From Candidatus Yanofskybacteria bacterium (lineage in GTDB: Bacteria > Patescibacteriota > Minisyncoccia > 2-02-FULL-40-12 > IGHO2-01-FULL-4-A): a DNA stretch of 61,014 nt. This document shows, piece after piece, positions 44,963 to 54,016 of this stretch. How positions within the stretch are numbered: the stretch's first letter is position 1; each line of letters opens with the position of its first letter. The position numbers were made by a program, and so were the translations under genes. The notes beneath the pieces are model-generated. The model saw nothing but the letters and a program-made list of their open reading frames with translations, was not told the origin of the DNA and made no database searches. The stretch spans positions 1 to 61,014 of the forward strand of contig JACPNJ010000006.1 of the NCBI GenBank assembly GCA_016185545.1, in the 5' to 3' direction.

Positions 44963-45482
44963 ACTTCAAATTGGTGTACACATTCTCCACATCCTCATTA
45001 TTATCCAATTCTTCAAGAAGTTTATCTAATTTTTGTTGGATTTCCGGAGTAACTTCAATGGGCGTGTTTGGTTCCCAGTTTTTATTAAACATCCAGTTAA
45101 GAGAATTCTCTGGAACCATTTTTGCTTCATGTTCGGCAAGGATATGTTTAATTTCATTGACGATACGATTTTTGTTGTCAGTAATTCCCTCTATTATGAC
45201 GGCGACACTGCCTGGTCCTATAGCTTGAATAATTACTTCGTCTAACGAAGTAGTATCTTTTTCCGATGCTCTTTTGATTGCTCTCTCAATGTTTTCTTTG
45301 GGCATGTTAAAAGTTCTGGCCTCTTCAATGATTGATTGCAATTTATAGTTAGCCGAAGGATCAGTGCCCTCGCGTGCCGCAATTGATATTTTCTTTGCCA
45401 GCTTGCTAAAAAGCTGACCCTTTTTCTGGTCACTGATACCCTTTTTATGTTTTATTTGAGACCACTTCGAATGCCCGCTCAT
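44961..45482 (-). CDS. yebC: YebC/PmpR-family DNA-binding regulator (short form)
   Basis: MSGHSKWSQIKHKKG..D.KKG..FSKL.K.I..AAREG..DP..N..L...IE.A...NMPK..IERAI. Confidence 0.85.
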   Translation of the reverse strand: MSGHSKWSQIKHKKGISDQKKGQLFSKLAKKISIAAREGTDPSANYKLQSIIEEARTFNMPKENIERAIKRASEKDTTSLDEVIIQAIGPGSVAVIIEGITDNKNRIVNEIKHILAEHEAKMVPENSLNWMFNKNWEPNTPIEVTPEIQQKLDKLLEELDNNEDVENVYTNLK

Positions 45483-45491
45483 AGTACCAAG

Positions 45492-46211
45492 TTACCGCTC
45501 TATAATAACCATTTGTAGTGATTTTGAGAAGCTTTGTTCGTTTTTGGAACAATTTATATCTATATTTGCCGTTCCCGGTGTTGTGTTCCAGTTTATTTTC
45601 CATGACCAAGATATAACCCCGGAATTATCAGCTGTTTTATCCTCAAGCCCCTTGGCGGTGGACTGACTGCCGCTTGGCAGTGTAACTTTTAGGGCGCACT
45701 GGGTTTCTTGCGCAGTTTTTATATCAAGTTTGACAGTGTCATTTTGCTTAACAGGAGAAGGAATTAGAGAAACTACGATTATTTCGTCGTTTTGTTGTGT
45801 GGGTTGAGGTGTTGGTGTTGCCTGCCCGCCTGAATTTTCTTCAGAAAAATTTGGCGTGAGGGTGATCGTTGGCGTGGGGGATGATGTTTGCCCCGTTAGA
45901 GGCGGGCTACTGTTAGTAGCCGTTGGCTCTAATGGGGTGGGCGTTGGCAGAGGAGTTGATAAAACCGGCAACAGAGTGGCAACAGGTATCGTTGTAAAAG
46001 ATGGAGCCGGTGACGGAGTAAGCGTTTTGTTCGGAGGCTTATTAGATTTATTTGCGGGTTTCAGAGCCGGGGTTTTAGTCGAGCCTTGGTTTTGTAAATT
46101 TTGAACAATTTGAGCATAATTTTCTTCCTTCGGCGGAGTTTTATAATTTTCAAACAAAAAAAGTCCGCCAATCGTTATCCCAAAAGTTATAGCTGCAACC
46201 AATAATCGCAT
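45492..46211 (-). CDS. Hypothetical membrane-anchored Pro/Thr-rich protein
   Basis: N-terminal transmembrane segment, a long P/T/S linker, and a roughly 100-aa C-terminal domain. Confidence 0.55.
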   Translation of the reverse strand: MRLLVAAITFGITIGGLFLFENYKTPPKEENYAQIVQNLQNQGSTKTPALKPANKSNKPPNKTLTPSPAPSFTTIPVATLLPVLSTPLPTPTPLEPTATNSSPPLTGQTSSPTPTITLTPNFSEENSGGQATPTPQPTQQNDEIIVVSLIPSPVKQNDTVKLDIKTAQETQCALKVTLPSGSQSTAKGLEDKTADNSGVISWSWKINWNTTPGTANIDINCSKNEQSFSKSLQMVIIER

Positions 46212-46253
46212 AGTTGCTAATATAGCAACTATTCAAAACAGCGCAAGTTCCCT

Positions 46254-46292
46254 ACTTAGAGGCTCAACCTCCACGAGGTTGAGCCTCTAAGT
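46254..46292. repeat. REP-like perfect hairpin (17-bp stem), 3' flank of the HUH transposase gene
   Basis: Sequence acttagaggctcaacct CCACG aggttgagcctctaagt. It contains the gene's stop codon. Confidence 0.9.
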
Positions 46293-46952
46293 AAGAAGTA
46301 AAAGCTCTAGAGATTTTACCATTTCTTTTCGTTCTTTTGAGATGGCCAATGCTTTTTTGGCAAAATCTTTATATTCCGTAATGTTGGAAAACTGTGAAAG
46401 TATTATTTTTTTGTTGCAGAAACTGTTACCTGGCAACTCTTTTCCTAAATATTCTTCCCAGCTTGTTTTAGATAACAACTTAGAGGATGAGCCTCTAATT
46501 TGATGGGCTTCCGGATTTAGATTTATGTAGGCGTTTAAGTGTAGTAAGTATTCGTTAGAATCAACATGGATAGCTTTATATCTGCCTTGAAAAAGCGCTC
46601 CGCTAAAGTTATGTTTGTCATTTAGATATCGCGTGTAGCCAGTGCCTAAACGATGAATAAATTTTTGTACACCATCTTGTTCAAGTTGTTGCACTAAAAA
46701 GTGGTAATGATTGGGATTTAAGCAGTAGCACACAAAGTCAACCAATCTCTTTGATTTTGGTGTTGGATTTTCCGCCAATCCTTTTTCTAAAGATAGTGAG
46801 TAAAGACTGCCAATGGGCTCTTTTGTATTAAACTCTCGCATGCTTAGCAAAAAACGATTCAAATCAAAGCGGTCAATGAAAATTGGCCTTTTGTTGTTAC
46901 CCCTATTAAAGACATGATAAAACTCACCATTTTCAAATCGAATTTTTCTCAT
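46287..46952 (-). CDS. IS200-like / REP-associated tyrosine transposase (RAYT-type, HUH Y1 family)
   Basis: YHVFNRGN, the HUH motif NPNHYHFLV, and LFQGRYKAIHVDSNEYLLHLNAYINLNP. Confidence 0.75.
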   Translation of the reverse strand: MRKIRFENGEFYHVFNRGNNKRPIFIDRFDLNRFLLSMREFNTKEPIGSLYSLSLEKGLAENPTPKSKRLVDFVCYCLNPNHYHFLVQQLEQDGVQKFIHRLGTGYTRYLNDKHNFSGALFQGRYKAIHVDSNEYLLHLNAYINLNPEAHQIRGSSSKLLSKTSWEEYLGKELPGNSFCNKKIILSQFSNITEYKDFAKKALAISKERKEMVKSLELLLLT

Positions 46953-46973
46953 TCTATTCTTATACCATATCCA

Positions 46974-47012
46974 ACTTAGAGGCTCAACCTCGTGGAGGTT
47001 GAGCCTCTAAGT
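46974..47012. repeat. REP-like perfect hairpin, 5' flank of the HUH transposase gene (loop inverted relative to 46254)
   Basis: Sequence acttagaggctcaacct CGTGG aggttgagcctctaagt. Confidence 0.9.
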
Positions 47013-47046
47013 GAGAGGATGGGTGAAAAAAATCCCGTTAGTGGGA

Positions 47047-47940
47047 TTAATGAACTAGAGTTTTCGGGTCAATGCCGATTTCTTTAAGGGCTTTGTCGTG
47101 TAACGCGGCCAAGCCGGCTAAAAGCGTCAGTTGTTGCATGGGAGAATCGGTGTTGTGGCAAGAGAATTCATAGCCCCGGCCATCTCTCATGGTTGAGTTA
47201 GAAGAAGGGTTCAGTCCGCAAGCATTGCCCGGGCAAGTTACATTTAGCCAACCGTTATCATAATCAACCGAGGCCCTAAAGTCATATCCACCAAGAGAGT
47301 CAAGTCCAAACATATAGTCGTATGCTTCCGTCATGGCTGTAACCATTTCGGCAACATTTCCCCTTATAGCGCTTAACCATTTGACCAGAGGGACGCTGTA
47401 TATTCCGTGAAGCGACCCTCCGTGCATACCCCTTTCAGTTATGGTTTCAACCGTCAACAATTGCGGTGTTTTTGCTGAAGTTTCAATTTCGATATAATAA
47501 CTTATTTGAAAAAACACGGTTAAACTGACTGAAACCGCAAAGGCATCATGCCAATCAATTACGTTTTCTTTTCCGCTCCCGCCGCATGAAAAACAATTAT
47601 CACCAGTAAAATCTTTACCGCTTCCGCTACAAAGAGAACAAATTTTTGTTTCCTGTTTTTTAACTAACGGAAGTTCAATACAAAAAACGGAAAAGTTATT
47701 ACAATCATCTTGTTTTTTAAAGGCGCTCTCAAACCCGAAGTTGCCCTTAAAATCTCCGCAAAAAGTTTTTAACTCAAATTCTTTTTTGAAATATTCAATA
47801 ATAGGCGCTGTTTCCGGTATTATTTCTTGTTTGGCAATGAAATCTTTATGAACCCTAAGAATAATGGCCGACGGTTTTGCTTTGCCTTGCCAAGATAACT
47901 CATACCAGCATGGCATATAATCTCTTGTAAGTATTTTCAT
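47047..47940 (-). CDS. Hypothetical protein with DnaJ-type CxxCxGxG zinc-finger pair
   Basis: CSLCSGSGKDFTGDNCFSCGGSGKE. No other recognisable domain. Confidence 0.5.
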   Translation of the reverse strand: MKILTRDYMPCWYELSWQGKAKPSAIILRVHKDFIAKQEIIPETAPIIEYFKKEFELKTFCGDFKGNFGFESAFKKQDDCNNFSVFCIELPLVKKQETKICSLCSGSGKDFTGDNCFSCGGSGKENVIDWHDAFAVSVSLTVFFQISYYIEIETSAKTPQLLTVETITERGMHGGSLHGIYSVPLVKWLSAIRGNVAEMVTAMTEAYDYMFGLDSLGGYDFRASVDYDNGWLNVTCPGNACGLNPSSNSTMRDGRGYEFSCHNTDSPMQQLTLLAGLAALHDKALKEIGIDPKTLVH

Positions 47941-48041
47941 AATCTCTCCGAAACTAAGTTGTTAAGAATCTTCTATCCCGAGCTAATCATATTTGTGAGT
48001 AAAAGGCAATAAAATAGATAGAAAAGCCGAACCGATCCTAC

Positions 48042-48086
48042 AGGCCTCTATGGCGGAGCCCAAGGGAAATCAGAGGGCAAGTGTGG
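48042..48086. repeat. Solo copy of the right end of the 35262-35463 element, overlapping the ruvB stop
   Basis: The sequence aggcctctatggcggagcccaagggaaatcagagggcaagtgtgg corresponds to agacctctatggcggagccgcaaggaaaatcagagaggaagtgatgg at 35431-35477. Confidence 0.8.
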
Positions 48087-49092
48087 CTTTCTGTTTTCCC
48101 AACCCCAAGTGTTTAGTGGCGAGGTCGGTAAGTATGCGGCCGCGGGAAGTACGGGCAAGGAAGCCAATTTGCATGAGGTAGGGCTCATAGACGTCCTCAA
48201 TTGTATCTTCTTCTTCGGCAATGGCCGCGGCGACAGATTTAAGCCCGACTGGGCCTCCGTTGAAGTTTTTAGATATGAGCGTGAGTATCTTGCGGTCGGT
48301 GGCATCAAGGCCGATATCATCAATACCGAGCAGGTCAAGCGCCTTAGTTGCAAACACGCCGGTAAGAACAGCGGAATTTTGGACTTGGGTATAATCGCGG
48401 ACGCGTTTGAGCAGGCGATTGGCAATACGCGGAGTAAATCGCGATGCGGCGGCAATCTTGCCTATCGCATCTTTGTCAGCCTCAATTTTGAGCAATTTTG
48501 CCGAACGCCGGAGTATCTTTTCTATTTCTTCTTTATTATAAAAATCCAGCTTGTAATGTGCTCCGAAACGCGAACGAAACGGATTAGAAAGCAAAGATAT
48601 GCGCGTAGTGGCGGCAATCAGCGTGAAGCGGGGAAGTTTGACTTGTAAAGTTTTAGCCGATGTTCCTTTGCCGATTATTATGTCCAGACAGTAATTTTCC
48701 ATTGCCGGATAAAGTGTTTCCTCTACGGTTTTATTTAACCGATGGACTTCGTCGATAAATAAAAAATCGCCATCAGACAAGCCGGTCAGGATTGAGCCGA
48801 TATCGCCAGCTTTCTCCAGCGCCGCTCCGGAAGTGATCCGTATGCCGGCGCCGAATTCTTTGGCGATTAAATAGGCAAGCGTGGTTTTACCCAATCCAGA
48901 TGGGCCATGTATTAATATATGTTCTAATGATTCTTTGCGTTTTTTAGCCGCGCCTATCAATATAGCCAGATTTTCTTTGACATTTTCCTGCCCGACATAT
49001 TCGTCAAATCGCGACGGCCTTAAAGCCAGATCTAAAACCTGGTCATCTTGTTCCAGCGGGGCGGTTAGTTTGGATTTTTGGCCGCTTGACAT
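48070..49092 (-). CDS. ruvB: Holliday junction branch-migration helicase RuvB
   Basis: LRP..F.EY.GQ, Walker A GPSGLGKTTLA, FIDEVHRL, and the C-terminal winged-helix region. Confidence 0.95.
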   Translation of the reverse strand: MSSGQKSKLTAPLEQDDQVLDLALRPSRFDEYVGQENVKENLAILIGAAKKRKESLEHILIHGPSGLGKTTLAYLIAKEFGAGIRITSGAALEKAGDIGSILTGLSDGDFLFIDEVHRLNKTVEETLYPAMENYCLDIIIGKGTSAKTLQVKLPRFTLIAATTRISLLSNPFRSRFGAHYKLDFYNKEEIEKILRRSAKLLKIEADKDAIGKIAAASRFTPRIANRLLKRVRDYTQVQNSAVLTGVFATKALDLLGIDDIGLDATDRKILTLISKNFNGGPVGLKSVAAAIAEEEDTIEDVYEPYLMQIGFLARTSRGRILTDLATKHLGLGKQKATLAL

Positions 49093-49357
49093 TATATGAT
49101 TTAATGTATAAAATACCTATAGGATCCCATTAGGGGATATTTTCATAGTAGCCTTCTTTTCCTAACTTCTAACTCATTCCATGTTTCCATGGTTTAAATT
49201 ACTGTAACCTGTAGGCAATTGAGCTGTTTGGGTAACCTTCTGGCTCAATCGGAGCATTTTCGCAGATGGTTAATTTGGTTCCGACTGGGTTATACCTCGG
49301 TATTGCTCTACCCCGGGTTTCCTTAAGTCTGGGTTATTGCCTACAGATTATAGAAAT

Positions 49358-51025
49358 TTACTCGCCTACGATTCTCATCACTTCTTCAATTGAAGTCGTT
49401 CCGTCTAAAACTTTGAGCAACCCATCTTGTAAAAGCGTAACCATGCCCTTTTTCACGGTCAGTTCTTGCACATCGGAGATTGCCGGCGATTTTAGTATTA
49501 ATTTTTCCATTTCCGAATCTATCCCAAATAGCTCGTAAATGCCTATCCGTCCCTTATAGCCGGTATTATTGCACTCACGGCATTGCTGGGGGTAATAAAT
49601 CTCAAACGATTCGTTCAGTTTCGGCATTTCAATACTCTTAGATAAGGTGGCAAGATACTTTTTAAGTAATTCCAAATCCTTGCTATTAATTTTTTGCTTT
49701 TTCCGGCATTTTGGACACAGCCGCCGGACTAATCTTTGAGCCATTGCCGCATTCAGTGCCGGGGCGATAGTTACCGGTCTTACGCCCAGGTCTATAAGGC
49801 GTGGGATGGTGCCGGCGGCGTTGTTGGTGTGCAGTGTTGAAAAAACCAAATGTCCCGTAAGCGCTGCCTGCATGGCGATTTCGGCCGTCTCTACATCTCT
49901 AATCTCACCTACCAGGATTACATCCGGATCTTGCCTGACGATTGACCTTAACCCACCGGCAAAAGTATAGCCGGCTTTCGGTTCTACCTGTGTTTGCGAG
50001 ATGTCCTCTATATGATATTCAATCGGGTCTTCGATGGTGATTATTTTTACATTTGGATTGTTAACATGTTTTATGAAAGCGTAAAGAGTGGTTGTTTTGC
50101 CGGAACCGGTCGGACCGGTTGTCAGTATTGCTCCAGTGGTTTTATCCAAAAGTTTTTTAATTTGTTCCAGCAAGTCCTCTCTCATACCTAGGTCTTCAAG
50201 TTTTTGCTTAATAGTTGAGGGATCCAGTATGCGCATGACGATATTTTCGCCATAATTGCCCGGTAAAATTGAAACCCTAATCTCTATATCCTGTTCTCCT
50301 CTCCTTATGGTGAAACGTCCGTCTTGCGGTGAATCGTGGATATTTATTTTCAAACCCGAAAGCAATTTAATGCGCGAAAGTATGTTGGAATAGCCGATTG
50401 GGGAGAAATTGACTACGTCATTTAACACGCCATCCAGCCGGTAACGCAAGCGGATCACTTTTTCTTCCGGTTCAAAATGTATATCCGAAGCCCCGATTTT
50501 GAGGGCGCCGGCTACTAATATATCTAGGACCTTAGTTATCGGTAGCGACGTAAGCCGTTCTTTTAAATCGGCTATGTCTTTGATTTGTTTTTCTATGTCT
50601 GATAACTCTCCTTCTTTAAGGGTAACCACTCCGCGTATTTCTTCCGTGCGCGTTTTTTTCTCGCGATATCTTTGCCAGGCGGTTTCAAGACTCAATGACG
50701 AAGTTACAACTAGGCCAAATGTGTAGCCCTGCTTTTTAAAGTTGTTTAAGACCAATTGTGTTTGTGAATTCTGGGGATCAACAACGGCGATTTTTAAGTT
50801 TTGACCGGTTTTTGATATAACCGCAAGCTGGCCGTCTCGAGCGCTTTTTTCATCCACGATTAAAACCGCGTTGGTATCAACAGGAAATGTTTTGAGATTA
50901 ACATATGGTAGACCTGCTTTTTGAGCCGCGGCTTTAGTCTCTTCCTCTGTTTTTTGAACTTTAATTCCGGAAAGTTTCTCTTCCAGTTCTTTTTCCAGAT
51001 CTTGTTTTGGCGATACTTGTGCCAT
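49358..51025 (-). CDS. pilB: Type IV pilus / type II secretion assembly ATPase (PilB/GspE family)
   Basis: Walker A GPTGSGKTTT, Asp box, Walker B ILVGEIRD, His box, and a tetracysteine CPKC..CREC. Confidence 0.9.
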   Translation of the reverse strand: MAQVSPKQDLEKELEEKLSGIKVQKTEEETKAAAQKAGLPYVNLKTFPVDTNAVLIVDEKSARDGQLAVISKTGQNLKIAVVDPQNSQTQLVLNNFKKQGYTFGLVVTSSLSLETAWQRYREKKTRTEEIRGVVTLKEGELSDIEKQIKDIADLKERLTSLPITKVLDILVAGALKIGASDIHFEPEEKVIRLRYRLDGVLNDVVNFSPIGYSNILSRIKLLSGLKINIHDSPQDGRFTIRRGEQDIEIRVSILPGNYGENIVMRILDPSTIKQKLEDLGMREDLLEQIKKLLDKTTGAILTTGPTGSGKTTTLYAFIKHVNNPNVKIITIEDPIEYHIEDISQTQVEPKAGYTFAGGLRSIVRQDPDVILVGEIRDVETAEIAMQAALTGHLVFSTLHTNNAAGTIPRLIDLGVRPVTIAPALNAAMAQRLVRRLCPKCRKKQKINSKDLELLKKYLATLSKSIEMPKLNESFEIYYPQQCRECNNTGYKGRIGIYELFGIDSEMEKLILKSPAISDVQELTVKKGMVTLLQDGLLKVLDGTTSIEEVMRIVGE

Positions 51026-51222
51026 GAAATAATTTTAACATCTTTGGGATTTTTTGTTTTCAACATGCCCAACTCTTTGATTTAGCAACATAAATTAATG
51101 CACGCAATAGATAAAAATGGGGATAACATGTTGATAGTAGGGGGACGCTAAATTTGCGATTCTATTTGCTTTTGTCAGTTTAAAAACATAGAATGAGCAG
51201 AAGAGTTTTTTAAAAAACAGAA

Positions 51223-52407
51223 ATGGCTATTTTTATGGAACTTTTTAATAAAAACGAGCCGGAAGCCGGAGTAAAAAAAATAAAGCTTGAAATAAATCCT
51301 CCTGTTGCCGTAGAAAAAAATATTCACGAAAACATTATTGGTCAAGAGCAAGCCATTAAAGAGCTCGCGAAACTTTACGTAAAGATACGTTCTGGCATAA
51401 GAACGGTGAGGCTTGGTGTTATTGATAGCGTATTTTTGGCCGGACCTTCCGGAGTTGGTAAAACCGAATCAGTCCTAACTCTAGCTAAGATGCTAATGAA
51501 TACTATGCCATTGGAGAACGTTTCTAATAGCGCTGAAGAAGAAAGCGGGAAAGAAACGAAAAAGCAGCCCATAAAACAGCCCATTTTTACTGAGGAAGAT
51601 GCGCTAAAAAAAGTTATAAAAATAGATGGCGGTAATTTTCAACATGGACATGAAGTGGCTAAAGTCTTGGGCTCACCCCCGGGTTATTTAGGCCATGGAG
51701 AAACTTTAGGTCTGCTTCATCCGATGGTTTTGTCGAAACATCAAATAAACTTCAAAGATTTAAGGGGAAATGCCAGAAAGGTAATATTTATTTTATTAGA
51801 CGAAGCCGAGAAAGCACACGAATTTTTACACCATGCCTTTTTGACTATTCTAGATAAGGGAATATTAACTTTAGGCGATAACTCGGTGGCAGACCTTAGA
51901 GACGCGGTAATATTTCTTACTTCTAACATCGGAAACGCAAAAGCTGAACTTTTACGCGAAAAAGATTTAGGGTTCAAACCAATAAAATCAACTGAAAAAA
52001 CATTGGAGGCATCTTTTAATAAAGAATATAAAAAATTATTTAGACCGGAATATAGGGGTAGAATAAACAAGACGATTGTGTTCGAGCACTTAAGGACAGA
52101 ACATCTCAACAAGATTATTGATTTACAATTAGAAAGAATAGAAGAACAATTCAGAGTTTCTGGTATAAATCTTGATTTACAAATTTCCAAAGAAGCCAAG
52201 GATATTTTTATTAAAAGGGGGTATGATTTATCAGAAGGGGCAAGGAGACTCAAGAAAGTATTGGAAAGATATGTTTTGGACCAGCTTATTTTAGTGAATC
52301 AGAATGACCTTAATGGGAAAACTGTAGTTGTTGATATTGATGAAGAAAAACAGGATGGCGACATCGTATTTTATTTGATTGACAGGCAGAATCGTCAGAA
52401 AAAATAG
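51223..52407 (+). CDS. Stand-alone AAA+ ATPase resembling the D2 module of ClpA/B/C chaperones
   Basis: GQEQAIKEL...R.G, Walker A GPSGVGKTE, GSPPGYLGHGE, LLDEAEKAH, LTSNIG, and a sensor-2 region RPEYRGRIN. Confidence 0.75.
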   Translation: MAIFMELFNKNEPEAGVKKIKLEINPPVAVEKNIHENIIGQEQAIKELAKLYVKIRSGIRTVRLGVIDSVFLAGPSGVGKTESVLTLAKMLMNTMPLENVSNSAEEESGKETKKQPIKQPIFTEEDALKKVIKIDGGNFQHGHEVAKVLGSPPGYLGHGETLGLLHPMVLSKHQINFKDLRGNARKVIFILLDEAEKAHEFLHHAFLTILDKGILTLGDNSVADLRDAVIFLTSNIGNAKAELLREKDLGFKPIKSTEKTLEASFNKEYKKLFRPEYRGRINKTIVFEHLRTEHLNKIIDLQLERIEEQFRVSGINLDLQISKEAKDIFIKRGYDLSEGARRLKKVLERYVLDQLILVNQNDLNGKTVVVDIDEEKQDGDIVFYLIDRQNRQKK

Positions 52408-52423
52408 ACGTGGTATTAGACAC

Positions 52424-52452
52424 TTGACCTGACGATTCTTTATTGCTATACT
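52424..52452 (+). promoter_or_regulatory. Sigma70-type promoter candidate upstream of nusA
   Basis: TTGACC (52424-52429), a 17-nt spacer, then TATACT (52447-52452). Confidence 0.55.
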
Positions 52453-52528
52453 TTAATTTAAGGTTGATTTTGACTATTGATGTCCGCAAGAAAGGCGGGC
52501 ATTTTCATTAGTCATTACCATTTTTCAG

Positions 52529-53962
52529 ATGCTGGACACCAAACAATTCATCTCGGCAATCAAACAGATTGCCGAGGAAAAGGGGATACCCGAAGATAAA
52601 GTTGTAGAGACCATTGAAGCGGCAATTGCCGCGGCTTATAAAAGGGACTATGGCGAGAAGGGTCAGATCATCAAAGCCAAATTAAACCAGGAAACTGGTG
52701 ATGTTAAGATTACACAGACAAAGTATGTGGTTGAAGGAGTGGATGAAGAGGGGAACGTAATTGGTGATGTCCCGGACCGACCGCTGGAGGGGATTGTGGG
52801 GTTGCAAAAACCAGTGGAAATTAGAGAAGTCGGAGAAGAAAAAAAGACAGCTAAATTTAAAAAAGAAGAAGGTGAAGCCGTTGAGACTGGGAACGAAGAA
52901 GACGGCAAGGTTAAATTTAATTCCGAAAAATACCTGACACTTGAAGAAGCAAAAAAAATCAATAAAAAAATCAAAGTTGGCGAAGAGGTAGTTATTGAAC
53001 GTGAATCCAAGACTGAATTTGGAAGAATCGCGGCACAAACTGCCAAACAAGTCATAATCCAGCGTTTGCGCGAAGTTGAACGGGAAGCGATTTTTGCTGA
53101 ATTCAAGAAGAAAGAAAACGAGGTAATTTCCGGTGTTGTCCAGCGGGTGGAGGGTAATATGATTTACATTGATTTGGGGCGGACCACTGGCTTGCTCATT
53201 CCCGCCGAGCAACTTTATCAGGAACATTATCGCATAGGCCAGCGTTTGAGATTTTTAATATTAAGAGTAGAGGAAACACACCGGGGACCGGTAATATTGC
53301 TTTCACGTTCCCATCCTAAATTGGTGTTGAAACTGTTTGAATTTGAAGTTCCTGAAATTGACGCCGGCAGTGTTGAAATTAAGGCAATTGCCCGCGAAGC
53401 CGGTTCACGTTCCAAAATTGCCGTGATATCAACTGAAGAGGGTGTGGATCCTATCGGTTCACTAGTGGGCCAAAAGGGAGTGCGCGTCCAAACGGTAATC
53501 AACGAACTTGGCGGAGAGAAAATTGACATAATAGAGTGGAATGAAAACCCAACTAAATTTATTTCAAATGCCTTATCGCCGGCTAAAATTATTGACGTAA
53601 AAATATTGGATGAAGCAAGGCATCACGCTCTGGCGGAGGTAGCAGATGACCAATTTTCTTTGGCTATAGGCAAAAAGGGGCAAAATGTCCGTCTGGCAGC
53701 CAAGCTTACCGGCTGGAAAATAGATGTTCGCGCGCCGCAAGCTAAAATGACAGCCGAAGAGATATTTACCGAGGAAACGCAAAGCGGAAAAGAGGCACAA
53801 AAAGTTGAAGTTTTAAATCTTGAAGAAAAAGGGACAACCGAAGAAGGTAAAGAAGCAAAGACAGCAGAGAACAAGGAAGAGCCCGGAAAAGAAGAAAAAC
53901 CTAAAAAGAAAACAAAAAATAAAAAAGCTGAAGCAATTAAAGAGGTTGAACCTCTTACTTAG
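52529..53962 (+). CDS. nusA: Transcription termination/antitermination factor NusA (with an acidic insertion and K/E-rich tail)
   Basis: N-terminal I..IAEEKGI....V...IE.A...AY, an S1 domain (G.V.R.E....YIDLG), and KH domains (GSRSKIAV.., GQKG.RVQ.., IGKKGQNVRLAAKLTGWKIDV). Confidence 0.9.
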   Translation: MLDTKQFISAIKQIAEEKGIPEDKVVETIEAAIAAAYKRDYGEKGQIIKAKLNQETGDVKITQTKYVVEGVDEEGNVIGDVPDRPLEGIVGLQKPVEIREVGEEKKTAKFKKEEGEAVETGNEEDGKVKFNSEKYLTLEEAKKINKKIKVGEEVVIERESKTEFGRIAAQTAKQVIIQRLREVEREAIFAEFKKKENEVISGVVQRVEGNMIYIDLGRTTGLLIPAEQLYQEHYRIGQRLRFLILRVEETHRGPVILLSRSHPKLVLKLFEFEVPEIDAGSVEIKAIAREAGSRSKIAVISTEEGVDPIGSLVGQKGVRVQTVINELGGEKIDIIEWNENPTKFISNALSPAKIIDVKILDEARHHALAEVADDQFSLAIGKKGQNVRLAAKLTGWKIDVRAPQAKMTAEEIFTEETQSGKEAQKVEVLNLEEKGTTEEGKEAKTAENKEEPGKEEKPKKKTKNKKAEAIKEVEPLT

Positions 53963-53975
53963 AGGTTCAACCTCT
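53941..53975. repeat. REP-like hairpin (variant), contains the nusA stop codon
   Basis: Sequence agaggttgaacctct tactt agaggttcaacctct. It differs by one position from the REP stem at 46254 and 46974. Confidence 0.85.
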
Positions 53976-54016
53976 AAGTAACTTATTCGCGTGCGCTATT
54001 TGTAAGCGTATCTAAC

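Noticed and set aside
48048-48648. ORFs 48048-48455 (-) and 48109-48648 (+) overlapping ruvB
   Set aside because: They are alternative-frame or antisense ORFs within the strongly supported ruvB gene.
52663-53874. Minus-strand ORFs within nusA (52663-53106, 52682-53227, 53227-53529, 53573-53800, 53623-53874)
   Set aside because: They are antisense to nusA with low-complexity translations, which is typical of shadow ORFs.
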